Origin: Bacteroidota bacterium | GTDB lineage: Bacteria; Bacteroidota; Bacteroidia; Bacteroidales; UBA10428 | Direction: 5' to 3' | NCBI GenBank assembly: GCA_016699695.1 | Contig: CP065006.1 | Location: 3,229,435-3,293,434 of the forward strand | DNA length: 64,000 nucleotides | Shown: piece after piece, positions 33,589 to 42,510 of the stretch | How positions within the stretch are numbered: the stretch's first letter is position 1 | How the letters are laid out: every line of letters starts with the position of its first letter | The notes under the pieces: model-generated | The model's input: only the letters and a program-made list of their open reading frames with translations | The model's database searches: none | Told to the model about the DNA's origin: nothing | Translations under genes and position numbers: made by a program

Positions 33589-35010
33589 ATGCATCGGGAG
33601 GTTTGGAGTAATTGCCTAAAAGTAATAAAAGATAACGTGCCCTCAATTAGTTATCGGACTTGGTTTGAGCCTATCATACCCTTGAGGCTTGAGAATAACA
33701 TTCTGACAATTCAGGTACCTAGTCCATTTTTCTATGAATACCTCGAAGAAAAGTACATTGAAATTATCAGCAAAACCTTACGTAAAGAGCTTGGTTATGA
33801 TGCCAAACTTGAATACAGTGTTGTAATGGAATACAACCCTGTTGAAGTAAGCAGTTCAACCTTTCTTAAGTTACCAGCGCAGAACCAAAAAGAAATTAAG
33901 AACAGACCTGTTTCAGTTCCGCTGAACGATGAAGAGAAATCCATTAAGAATCCCTTCATTATTCCAGGATTAAAGAAACTCGATATTGACCCACATTTAA
34001 ATCCAGAGAATTCATTTGCCAATTTTGTGGAAGGCGAATGTAACCGACTGGCCCGTTCGGCAGGTATTGCAGTTGCCAACAGCCCGGGTGGAACTGCATT
34101 TAATCCCTTATTAATTTATGGCGATTCGGGTTTAGGAAAAACCCACCTTGTTCAGGCAGTTGGAATTGAAGTGAAAGATCGTTTCCCCGATAAAACGGTA
34201 TTGTATGTCAATGCCAATAAGTTTCAGACTCAGTTTGTCGAATCGATTCGCAACAATAACCGCAACGACTTTTTGCATTTTTACCAGATGATTGATGTGC
34301 TGATCATTGACGATGTGCATGAATTTTCGGGAAAAGAAAAAACTCAGGATACTTTCTTTCACATTTTCAATCATCTGCATCAATCGGGCAAACAACTGAT
34401 TCTAACTTCGGATAAACCACCTGTAGAATTGCAGGGAATGGAACAACGCTTACTTTCGCGGTTTAAATGGGGGCTTTCGGCAGATCTACAGACTCCTGAT
34501 TTCGAAACCCGAATTGCAATTCTCAACCAAAAAACCTATAAAGATGGCATTCAAATGCCCGACGAGGTAATTGAATACATCGCCACACATATAACCGAAA
34601 ACATTCGTGAACTCGAGGGTGCCCTTATCTCTCTTTTGGCCCAATCGACCCTAAACCGGAAAGAGATTACCCTCGACCTGGCCAAAGAGATGATTGATAA
34701 ACTCATTAAAAATACGAAACGTGAGGTTTCAATCGATTACATACAGAAGGTGGTATGCAATTACTTCGATATAGGAGTAGAGATGCTTCAATCACGTACG
34801 CGTAAGCGCGAAATTGTTCAGGCCCGTCAAGTGGCTATGTATTTTAGCAAATGCCTGACAAAATCGTCATTGGCTACAATAGGAGCGCAGATAGGAGGCA
34901 AAGACCATGCAACAGTGCTTCATGCCTGTAAAACGGTAAATAATTTGCTCGATACCGACAAACATTTCAAAAATCAGATTGAAGACATTGAAAAAAAATT
35001 GAAATTCTAA
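33589..35010 (+). CDS. dnaA: chromosomal replication initiator protein DnaA
   Basis: 473-aa ORF with Walker A GDSGLGKTHL, Walker B LIIDDVHEF, sensor motifs and the C-terminal DNA-binding helix (REIVQARQVAMYFSKCLT...IGGKDHATVLHA). Confidence 0.97.
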   Translation: MHREVWSNCLKVIKDNVPSISYRTWFEPIIPLRLENNILTIQVPSPFFYEYLEEKYIEIISKTLRKELGYDAKLEYSVVMEYNPVEVSSSTFLKLPAQNQKEIKNRPVSVPLNDEEKSIKNPFIIPGLKKLDIDPHLNPENSFANFVEGECNRLARSAGIAVANSPGGTAFNPLLIYGDSGLGKTHLVQAVGIEVKDRFPDKTVLYVNANKFQTQFVESIRNNNRNDFLHFYQMIDVLIIDDVHEFSGKEKTQDTFFHIFNHLHQSGKQLILTSDKPPVELQGMEQRLLSRFKWGLSADLQTPDFETRIAILNQKTYKDGIQMPDEVIEYIATHITENIRELEGALISLLAQSTLNRKEITLDLAKEMIDKLIKNTKREVSIDYIQKVVCNYFDIGVEMLQSRTRKREIVQARQVAMYFSKCLTKSSLATIGAQIGGKDHATVLHACKTVNNLLDTDKHFKNQIEDIEKKLKF

Positions 35011-35037
35011 TTCATTAAAACAGGTTGCTTTAAACCT
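35009..35037 (+). terminator. rho-independent terminator of dnaA
   Basis: The stem pairs aacaggtt with aacctgtt (8 bp), with loop gcttta and a following T-run (ttttttttt). Confidence 0.8.
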
Positions 35038-35182
35038 GTTTTTTTTTGCTTTATAAGTTCTATTTCCTAAAAACCGAATGTATTATCTGCATCAACCAGA
35101 GGAATGTATAAGCCCGCAATAGTTAAAGACCTGCATTCAATCATATATTTTATTTTAAGAATATATTTCTTTTAAGCTATCT

Positions 35183-35782
35183 ATGAGTTACGATGCTTAC
35201 AATACTATCACTGCTCCCTCGCAAGGTTTATTCAAAGACAAGGGAAGCCGATTTCTGGCTTTTGCTTATCCTGTTGCGCAGGAAGACGAGGTAAAGGAAC
35301 ATATTGTTCACCTAAAGAAAGAATACAACGATGCCAGACATCATTGCTATGCATACCGTTTAGGAATAATCGACGAAAAATATCGGGTAAGCGACGATGG
35401 TGAACCTTCAGGTACTGCAGGCAAACCTATTTATGGTCAATTCATCTCACGTAACTTGTCTGATTTGATGGTTGTAGTGGTGCGCTATTTTGGAGGAACA
35501 CTGCTTGGCACAGGAGGCCTCATCAATGCCTATAAAATGGCTACTTCAGAATGCCTCGATGCCGCTGAAATTGTTCCCAGGTTTGTGAAGCGTACTTTTC
35601 GTGTCGAATTCCCCTATGAGTTATCGGGGCCGGTATTAAAACTCGTGAAAGAAGAAGGAATAGAGATAATACGTCAGGATTTTAGCCAGATATGCCAGCT
35701 AACTCTTAATGTACGATTGCTCGATTACAACAGAGTTGTTTCGAGGTTTGAGCAACTTTATGGTGCTGTAATGCACACATAA
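35183..35782 (+). CDS. yigZ: YigZ / IMPACT-family protein
   Basis: 199-aa ORF. GSRFLAFAYPV...DARHHCYAYRLG...DDGEPSGTAGKPI matches the UPF0029 signature. Confidence 0.85.
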   Translation: MSYDAYNTITAPSQGLFKDKGSRFLAFAYPVAQEDEVKEHIVHLKKEYNDARHHCYAYRLGIIDEKYRVSDDGEPSGTAGKPIYGQFISRNLSDLMVVVVRYFGGTLLGTGGLINAYKMATSECLDAAEIVPRFVKRTFRVEFPYELSGPVLKLVKEEGIEIIRQDFSQICQLTLNVRLLDYNRVVSRFEQLYGAVMHT

Positions 35783-35854
35783 GTGCTGAATGATTTTAAC
35801 AAGGATTGATGTAACAATGAATTTAACTATCTTTAAAATAAACACTTTTACCGA

Positions 35855-36763
35855 ATGAAGAATAAAAGTTTAGTGTCGATTACCGATTATTCGAAAGACG
35901 ACTATCTGAAAATTATGGAGGTCGCTTCGCAGTTCGAAAGCAAATCATACCAAAATCTGCTAAACGGAAAAGTTATTTCCACCCTGTTTTTTGAGCCTTC
36001 TACACGTACCCGGTTGAGTTTCGAAAGTGCCATTAACCGACTTGGAGGAAAAGTAATTGGTTTTAGCGATTCAAGTAGTTCTTCGGTAACCAAAGGCGAA
36101 ACTCTTTACGATACAATAAGGGTAGTAGCCAATTATGCCGAACTTATTGTGATGCGACATCCACTCGAAGGAAGTGCCCGGTATGCCAGTGAAAACTCAA
36201 AGGTTCCTGTTGTCAATGCAGGCGACGGTGCCAATCAGCATCCTACTCAAACTCTTCTCGATCTTTATTCCATTCTTAAAACCCAGAAAACCCTCGAAAA
36301 TCTAAACATTTTTATGGTTGGCGACCTGAAATATGGCCGCACGGTGCACTCTCTTTTAATGGCTCTTTCTGAATTTAATGCTACCTTCTGTTTTATCTCG
36401 CCAGACGAACTGAAAATGCCAAAGGAATATAAAGATTATCTTATGAAAAGAGGCTTAAAATTTTCAGAACAGAAAGACATTGATAAACACGTTCAGAAGG
36501 CAGACATTATTTACATGACCCGTGTACAAAAAGAGCGATTCAGCGATCCGATTGAATATGAGCGTACGAAAAATGCTTATGTTCTCAAACGCGAAATGCT
36601 GGATGGATGCAAGAATAGCATGAAGGTACTGCACCCACTGCCACGTGTTAATGAAATTGATACCGATGTCGATGACAGTCCGTATGCCTATTATTTCGAA
36701 CAAACTGAAAATGGTGTTTATGTGCGCCAGGCTATTATTTCGCTCATTTTAGGACTTCAATAA
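35855..36763 (+). CDS. pyrB: aspartate carbamoyltransferase catalytic subunit
   Basis: 302-aa ORF with [21 protein letters not shown] and LHPLPR motifs. Confidence 0.95.
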   Translation: MKNKSLVSITDYSKDDYLKIMEVASQFESKSYQNLLNGKVISTLFFEPSTRTRLSFESAINRLGGKVIGFSDSSSSSVTKGETLYDTIRVVANYAELIVMRHPLEGSARYASENSKVPVVNAGDGANQHPTQTLLDLYSILKTQKTLENLNIFMVGDLKYGRTVHSLLMALSEFNATFCFISPDELKMPKEYKDYLMKRGLKFSEQKDIDKHVQKADIIYMTRVQKERFSDPIEYERTKNAYVLKREMLDGCKNSMKVLHPLPRVNEIDTDVDDSPYAYYFEQTENGVYVRQAIISLILGLQ

Positions 36764-36773
36764 AATCAAAACG

Positions 36774-37229
36774 ATGATAAACAAGAAACTGGAAGTAAGC
36801 GCCATTAAAGATGGTACGGTGATTGACCATATTCCGGCAGACCACCTGTTTATGGTAATTAATATACTTAAGCTCAATGAAATTGATAATACCATTACTT
36901 TTGGTACCAATTTCGAAAGTAAAAAACTGGGCCGCAAAGCTATTATTAAACTCTCGGATGTATTTTTTAAGGAAAAAGACATCAACAGAATTGCCCTTTT
37001 TGCTCCGCAGGCCAAGCTCAACATTATTAAAGACTATAAAGTTGTTGAGAAGAAGACAGTTGAACTACCCGATGAAATTTTTGGTATTATTCGCTGTGTG
37101 AATCCTAAATGCATCACAAACCACGAGAAAATTAAGACTCATTTTAAAGTGATAGACAAACAGGCACGTATGCTTCTTTGTCATTTCTGCGAAAAGGTAA
37201 CCGATCCCGAAAAAGTTGATGCATTATAA
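36774..37229 (+). CDS. pyrI: aspartate carbamoyltransferase regulatory subunit
   Basis: 151-aa ORF. LEVSAIKDGTVIDHIPA is the typical N-terminus, and the C-terminal Zn cluster is CVNPKCITN...CHFCE. Confidence 0.93.
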   Translation: MINKKLEVSAIKDGTVIDHIPADHLFMVINILKLNEIDNTITFGTNFESKKLGRKAIIKLSDVFFKEKDINRIALFAPQAKLNIIKDYKVVEKKTVELPDEIFGIIRCVNPKCITNHEKIKTHFKVIDKQARMLLCHFCEKVTDPEKVDAL

Positions 37230-37239
37230 GAAGAAAACT

Positions 37240-37265
37240 GCAATCAACCGATTGCGTTTTTTTTC
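37240..37265 (+). terminator. candidate rho-independent terminator of pyrBI
   Basis: A short stem pairs gcaatc with gattgc, with loop aacc and a following g plus T8. Confidence 0.55.
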
Positions 37266-37286
37266 TTAAATAAGACAAGTTTATAG

Positions 37287-37748
37287 CTATCGCAGGCGGT
37301 GATAGGCCTTTACGAGCAGTTCATCTTTTCTGATTCCCCTAAAGGCAAGATATAATAGGATGGCATTGGCAACCGGAATAACAAGTGCGAGCTTGTAGGA
37401 ATGTGATTCTGGTTGGAAATTCCCGTTAAAACTATTCATAAAGAAAAGGATTAAGCCTATTTCACCAATATTTAAAAGCAAACTGTAAATGCAAAACCGT
37501 ATTTGCAGCATTCGTTTTTTGTATAAAAACAAAGATACAGCTGTTAAAAACAGAATAACCCAACTAAGTATGGCCAGAGTGAAAGTGGAAAAAATCTTTT
37601 CTGCTTTTTCGGGTTGAACATAAAATCCCATTGCATAAAAGTCGACAACTTTGTTTGAAATAAAATACTGTGCAAGCGAAGCTTTCAGAAACACTACCTG
37701 CAAAACAGCAGAGACCAGAATAAAAATAGATTGTATTCGCTGTATCAT
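37287..37748 (-). CDS. DUF4293-family integral membrane protein
   Basis: 153-aa ORF with four predicted TM helices. The N-terminus MIQRIQSIFILVSAVL is typical of DUF4293. Confidence 0.7.
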   Translation of the reverse strand: MIQRIQSIFILVSAVLQVVFLKASLAQYFISNKVVDFYAMGFYVQPEKAEKIFSTFTLAILSWVILFLTAVSLFLYKKRMLQIRFCIYSLLLNIGEIGLILFFMNSFNGNFQPESHSYKLALVIPVANAILLYLAFRGIRKDELLVKAYHRLR

Positions 37749-37760
37749 GGGTTTTTATTT

Positions 37761-37768
37761 CAAAAATA
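37761..37768 (-). promoter_or_regulatory. Bacteroidota sigma-A -7 box (TAnnTTTG)
   Basis: The minus strand reads TATTTTTG, 12 nt upstream of the start at 37748. It is embedded in a gggttttt/aaaaaccc hairpin that may also terminate the upstream epimerase gene. Confidence 0.4.
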
Positions 37769-37794
37769 TTAAAAAACCCCGAGCAGTATGAATT

Positions 37795-38781
37795 TTATTG
37801 GCAATGTTTTTTAATTCCCCATTCCACTTCGTGAATTGAACCAGGAGGTAAATCGAGAAATTCTGAGTTTATGTTGAAAGCATTCGGCAGACAGGTCATA
37901 GGTTCAATGGCAATGGATTGCCTGTGATCGGGTGTATATAGCTGCAGGTAATTGTATTGGTTGTGTCCGGTATTTTGCCATACTTTTATCCCGCCTTTCA
38001 GGTTTGAATTGTACAGAATTGTCTCAGCCTGGCCGGAATTAGCGGCCACTTTAAAACACGTGTCAAACCGATTGTTCCCAATTTGCTTCAGGTTAGAAAA
38101 ATCGTTGTAGGCATCATGCTCACCTGTTGGGAGCATACGCTGATTGGTGATGTATTTTTCTGCAGCCGGAAAGCTTATTCTCAGATGATCGATCTGGCAA
38201 CCTAGTGTAAAATAAGGATGCCAACCAATACCTGCTGGTAAATTCTGGTTTCCGGTATTGGTAATGCGCGTGCAGATACTCAGCTCACTTTGCTCATTAA
38301 GCGTATATGCAATATCAATTTGAAAGGCAAATGGATAGCCAGGAAGATTCTTATCGGAATGGCTTAACACAAGGCTGCAGTGATGCTCATCGATGGTTTG
38401 TGAAATTTTTACAAATTTTTTATCGAATAACAGGCCGTGGATGGCGTTGTTTTCATTCGAAAAGTTCACATTTAGCTGATACTGCTTTCCTTTAAACTGA
38501 TATTTTCCTCCATCGATGCGATTAGGAAAAGGAAATAGAAGACAACCTTTAAAACTGTTGCCTATGGTTTCCAATAATTCAGTTTCAGTCCGATAATTTT
38601 CTAAAATAGAAATTAATTGATGGTTAACCAGAAGTCTATATCCCAGCAACATGCCTCCCATATCGGGCAATATAACCAATTGCTCTCGGGTATGCTTATT
38701 TGTTATTTCTATTGCTTTTAATCTGCCAAAACATGTTTCGGCGATTTCAAACCTGGTTGCATCCATCATTTCTGGTTGCAT
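37795..38781 (-). CDS. aldose 1-epimerase (galactose mutarotase-like) family protein
   Basis: 328-aa ORF. FPFPNRIDGGKYQFKGKQYQL...NAIHGLLF...GWHPYF...IAIEPMT matches the aldose epimerase superfamily pattern. Confidence 0.75.
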   Translation of the reverse strand: MQPEMMDATRFEIAETCFGRLKAIEITNKHTREQLVILPDMGGMLLGYRLLVNHQLISILENYRTETELLETIGNSFKGCLLFPFPNRIDGGKYQFKGKQYQLNVNFSNENNAIHGLLFDKKFVKISQTIDEHHCSLVLSHSDKNLPGYPFAFQIDIAYTLNEQSELSICTRITNTGNQNLPAGIGWHPYFTLGCQIDHLRISFPAAEKYITNQRMLPTGEHDAYNDFSNLKQIGNNRFDTCFKVAANSGQAETILYNSNLKGGIKVWQNTGHNQYNYLQLYTPDHRQSIAIEPMTCLPNAFNINSEFLDLPPGSIHEVEWGIKKHCQ

Positions 38782-39011
38782 TTAATTCTACTTCCTGGTA
38801 ATTATCGAAGCACTAACAAATGCCTTTTTGGCGAATTACTTTGCTGGTATGAAATTTCGACCCTACTGGAAATCGTACTTTCTAATTTAACAGGATTTTT
38901 TGAGTTTGCCTAATGTTTGTATCTGATATAACGCAATTGTTTCAGCAAGAATTTTAATTATGATGAGCGGAATTGTTTATAAGTTAGAAGTGAACCTGTT
39001 TAATCGTACAA

Positions 39012-39019
39012 TATATTTG
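39012..39019 (+). promoter_or_regulatory. Bacteroidota sigma-A -7 box (TAnnTTTG)
   Basis: TATATTTG lies 30 nt upstream of the ATG at 39050. Confidence 0.5.
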
Positions 39020-39049
39020 TTTCAAGCATTTAATTCTTGACATTGAATA

Positions 39050-39925
39050 ATGAGAAAGCCAATTCAGTCTTTGATATCGCTACTTGACGATAAGGATTTG
39101 GAAGTAAACAAGGCTGTAACGGCCGAATTGATGAAGCACGGACTGAAGATTATACCCCAGCTCGAAAAGGTGTGGGAATCTACCTTAGATGGGGACCTTC
39201 AGCAGCGGATTGAAAGCCTGATCCATTTTATTCAGGTTTCGCATACACATCAGCAGATAAAAGAATGGTTAGACACAGGTGCCACTAATTTGCTCGAAGG
39301 GGCTGTCACACTCGCACAAATACAATATCCGAATATTTCACTGGAGTCCATCAGTTCCGAAGTGGAACGTATAGCCTCTGATGTAAATTTTGATTCGGGC
39401 ACAAGCCTTACGGCCTATGAAAAGATAAACCTACTGAACTATGTTATTTTCGATTTGAACCACTTTACACGCAATTCTGCCAATTTTTATTCACCTTCCA
39501 ATTCTTTTATCAATTATGTTCTGGAAACCCGCAAGGGTAATCCGGTTTCGCTGGGTATTTTGTATTTGTCTATAGCCCGTAAACTTAAATTGCCGGTTTA
39601 CGGAGTAAACTTACCCAAAGCCTTTGTATTAGCCTATATCAACGAATACCGGCATGTGGAAGCCCGCGATAAATCGAACGACATTTTATTCTACATAAAC
39701 CCCTATAACAATGGAGCAATTTTAACCCGCTTCGATGTAGAACGTTTTATTGTAGCTGAAAAATTGGAACCTAAGGCAGAATATTTTCTTCCATGCAATA
39801 ACGAGATTATTATGGAAAGGCTAATTGTAAACCTTATAATAGCCTATGAAAAAATTGGTTACAACGAAAAAGTAAAGCCTCTGCAGCAATTGCTTAAAAC
39901 CATTAACAAGCAGATTGTGCGATAA
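39050..39925 (+). CDS. transglutaminase-like / SirB1-family protein
   Basis: 291-aa ORF. YSPSNSFINYVLETRKGNPVSLGILYLSIARKLKLPVYGVNLPKAFVL matches the SirB1 N-terminal transglutaminase-like region, and a TPR-like C-terminus follows. Confidence 0.65.
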   Translation: MRKPIQSLISLLDDKDLEVNKAVTAELMKHGLKIIPQLEKVWESTLDGDLQQRIESLIHFIQVSHTHQQIKEWLDTGATNLLEGAVTLAQIQYPNISLESISSEVERIASDVNFDSGTSLTAYEKINLLNYVIFDLNHFTRNSANFYSPSNSFINYVLETRKGNPVSLGILYLSIARKLKLPVYGVNLPKAFVLAYINEYRHVEARDKSNDILFYINPYNNGAILTRFDVERFIVAEKLEPKAEYFLPCNNEIIMERLIVNLIIAYEKIGYNEKVKPLQQLLKTINKQIVR

Positions 39926-39930
39926 AAAAA

Positions 39931-39953
39931 ACGCCTCCCAAGTCAGGAGGCGT
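39931..39953. terminator. bidirectional rho-independent terminator between convergent genes
   Basis: The stem pairs acgcctcc with ggaggcgt (8 bp, GC-rich) with loop caagtca. A8 lies on the left and TTTT on the right. Confidence 0.85.
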
Positions 39954-39979
39954 TTTCGCTATAAATAAGGTTAAATCTG

Positions 39980-41551
39980 CTATTTTGCATAGCTTACCGC
40001 GCGTGTTTCGCGAATGACGGTAATTTTTACTTGTCCCGGGTAAGTCATCTCGTCCTGGATACGTTTTGCAATTTCGTACGACAAGGCATCGGCCTCTTTG
40101 TCGCTTACTTTGTCACTTCCAACAATAACCCTGAGTTCGCGACCAGCTTGGATGGCATAGGTTTTTGTAACGCCGGGATATGCCAAAGCCAGATTTTCAA
40201 GATCCTTCAATCGCTTGATATAAGCCTCTACTACTTCCCTGCGGGCACCGGGTCTGGCTCCTGAAATGGCATCGCAAACCTGAACAATTGGAGAAATAAG
40301 ACTGGTCATTTCAATCTCATCGTGGTGAGCTCCTATGGCATTCACAATATCTGGCTTTTCTTTGCAACGTTCGGCCATTTTCATTCCGTAAATGGCGTGT
40401 GGCAATTCTGGTTCCTCGTCAGATACTTTTCCAATATCGTGTAATAGTCCAGCTCGTTTGGCAGTTTTCGGGTTTAAACCCAACTCCGATGCCATGATGG
40501 CACAAAGATTTGCTACTTCGCGGGAGTGCTGCAGCAGGTTCTGTCCGTAAGAGGAACGGTATTTCATTTTACCTACAAGTCGAATGAGTTCAGGATGTAA
40601 TCCATGCACACCAAGGTCAATGGCAGTGCGTTTACCAACCTCGATAATTTCTTCTTCAATTTGTTTTTTCGTTTTGGCTACCACCTCTTCAATACGTGCC
40701 GGGTGAATCCGGCCATCGGTTACCAGTTGGTGAAGCGCAAGGCGGGCAATTTCCCTGCGAACAGGGTCGAATGCAGATAGTATAATGGCTTCGGGAGTAT
40801 CGTCCACGATAATTTCTACACCAGTGGCGGCCTCGAGGGCACGAATGTTTCTACCTTCGCGTCCAATGATACGGCCTTTTATTTCGTCACTTTCGATGTT
40901 AAATACGGTTACAGCGTTCTCGATGGCAGTTTCAGTAGCTACACGCTGTATGGTTTCTATTACTACTTTTTTTGCTTCACGATTGGCAGTCATCTTAGCT
41001 TCGTCCATAATTTCGTTGATGTACGAAATCGCTTCTGTCTTGGCTTCGTCTTTGAGCGATTCTATCAATTGGTTTTTTGCTTCTTCGCCTGATAAACCAG
41101 AAATAGTCTCCAACTGCTCAACTTGTTGTTTGTGTAATTTGCTCAGTTCCTGACTTTTTTTCTCGACTAGTTCAAGTTGAACATTTAGATTTTCGCGAAT
41201 GGCATCCTGTTCGTTTTTAAGGCGTTGAAGCTCTTCGTATTTGTGAGAGAGTTGGGATTCGCGCTGGTTAAATTTCGATTCAGCCTGGGCCAGCTTGCTG
41301 TTACGTTCGTTGATGTGCTTTTCGTGTTCCGATTTAAGCTGAAGAAATCTTTCTTTAGCCTGTAACATTTTATCCTTTTTTATTACTTCGGCTTCTGCAT
41401 TGGCATCGTTAATTATGCTTTCTCTCTTCTTTTTCAGGGCAAAATTGTAGAGCACGAATGCCAACCCTCCGCCAACCAGAAAGGCAATGCTGCCTATTAC
41501 AATTCCTTGCAAAAGGAATGTCTGGCTTGCTATTGTGTTTGTTGCGTCCAT
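39980..41551 (-). CDS. rny: ribonuclease Y
   Basis: 523-aa ORF with an N-terminal TM helix, a long coiled coil, a KH domain ([15 protein letters not shown]) and an HD domain (LLHDIGK...GAHHDE). Confidence 0.95.
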   Translation of the reverse strand: MDATNTIASQTFLLQGIVIGSIAFLVGGGLAFVLYNFALKKKRESIINDANAEAEVIKKDKMLQAKERFLQLKSEHEKHINERNSKLAQAESKFNQRESQLSHKYEELQRLKNEQDAIRENLNVQLELVEKKSQELSKLHKQQVEQLETISGLSGEEAKNQLIESLKDEAKTEAISYINEIMDEAKMTANREAKKVVIETIQRVATETAIENAVTVFNIESDEIKGRIIGREGRNIRALEAATGVEIIVDDTPEAIILSAFDPVRREIARLALHQLVTDGRIHPARIEEVVAKTKKQIEEEIIEVGKRTAIDLGVHGLHPELIRLVGKMKYRSSYGQNLLQHSREVANLCAIMASELGLNPKTAKRAGLLHDIGKVSDEEPELPHAIYGMKMAERCKEKPDIVNAIGAHHDEIEMTSLISPIVQVCDAISGARPGARREVVEAYIKRLKDLENLALAYPGVTKTYAIQAGRELRVIVGSDKVSDKEADALSYEIAKRIQDEMTYPGQVKITVIRETRAVSYAK

Positions 41552-41574
41552 TGGTTAATTTGAATTATATATAA

Positions 41575-41780
41575 ATAAAAATGCCCGCATATTTCCTCAA
41601 GATTTATTGAAACCCCATTCTGTCAGGGGTGAAGCCGCCGTACCATGTCGAACTTCCAATGATCTTTTACGATTCCCGACGAATCGGGATATGGCCTGTT
41701 CTTGATGACCCGAGCGATGCTTCAATGTAGAAAGTGTTGAGTTTCACAAATATTTGAAGAAACAATGCGGGCAATATCGT
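41575..41780 (-). ncRNA. ssrS: 6S RNA candidate (rod-like structured RNA between zapA and rny)
   Basis: On the minus strand, 5' UGCCCGCAU..UUUCUUCAA..UGAAACUC pairs with 3' GGGGUUUCA..UUGAGGAAA..AUGCGGGCA, closing about 190 nt. The interior holds UCCCGA-UUCG-UCGGGA and GAAGC/GCUUC helices with unpaired central stretches. A U-run follows the 3' arm. There is no ORF. Its location just downstream of zapA matches E. coli zapA-ssrS synteny. Confidence 0.55.
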
Positions 41781-41801
41781 TGCTATATGTAAAGAACCTA
41801 A

Positions 41802-42092
41802 TTACTCTCCTTTTATGTATTCGTCCAATTCTTCAGTAATATCCTTAATGTTTTCAATTACTGTGTTTACATCGTGTTTTTCTTCCAACTCCACCATTCT
41901 GGTGGTATTTTGCAAGGCTGTCATGGCAAGAAAATCAAGAACATCTTTTTCAACGTATTTCTGCTTATACTGCAGAAGTCTTTCGTTTATTAGTCTTGCG
42001 GCTTTCCTTATTCTTTCCTCTTCGTTTTTATCAATCTTTAAAGGATAAAACTTGTCGGCTATGTTTACTTTTATGGAAAGCTTTTCCTCCAT
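41802..42092 (-). CDS. zapA: cell division protein ZapA
   Basis: 96-aa ORF. KVNIADKFYPLKIDKNEEERIRKAARLINERLLQYKQKY is the ZapA pattern. Confidence 0.85.
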   Translation of the reverse strand: MEEKLSIKVNIADKFYPLKIDKNEEERIRKAARLINERLLQYKQKYVEKDVLDFLAMTALQNTTRMVELEEKHDVNTVIENIKDITEELDEYIKGE

Positions 42093-42098
42093 TCACAG

Positions 42099-42392
42099 CT
42101 ACTTATTTAAAAGAGCAATACATTTGTCAATCTCCCGCACAATTCTGTTCACTTTCAACTTCGCATCGTGTGTGTTTTCAAACGATACTTCCAGTTGTTT
42201 AGCTAATTTTAAATTGTTATATTTTGATTCAAAGTCTTCTTTTTCTCTATACAAATTTGCAACATTTTGTTCCAGCTTTTTCTTTTCTGCCTCTAAAATG
42301 CTGTTTTTTTCTTTTTCTCTTTCATGTAATTGAATGACTTTTTTTATTCTATCGCGCAGTAAAAGAATAAGTTGGTCATTACTCTGTTCCAT
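42099..42392 (-). CDS. hypothetical coiled-coil protein upstream of zapA
   Basis: 97-aa ORF, highly charged with heptad-like sequence (EREKEKNSILEAEKKKLEQNVANLYREKEDFESKYNNLK). It lies 6 nt upstream of zapA. Confidence 0.55.
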   Translation of the reverse strand: MEQSNDQLILLLRDRIKKVIQLHEREKEKNSILEAEKKKLEQNVANLYREKEDFESKYNNLKLAKQLEVSFENTHDAKLKVNRIVREIDKCIALLNK

Positions 42393-42428
42393 GAAAATAT
42401 CTTGCTATAAATTTACATAATGCTTATA

Positions 42429-42436
42429 CAAATATA
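42429..42436 (-). promoter_or_regulatory. Bacteroidota sigma-A -7 box (TAnnTTTG)
   Basis: The minus strand reads TATATTTG, 36 nt upstream of the start at 42392. Confidence 0.45.
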
Positions 42437-42510
42437 AAAAAATCTTTAAGTTATTTTTACCTCATATTAATTTATAATCTGTTTTTTACACGGCATTTAA
42501 TCTTTATTTT

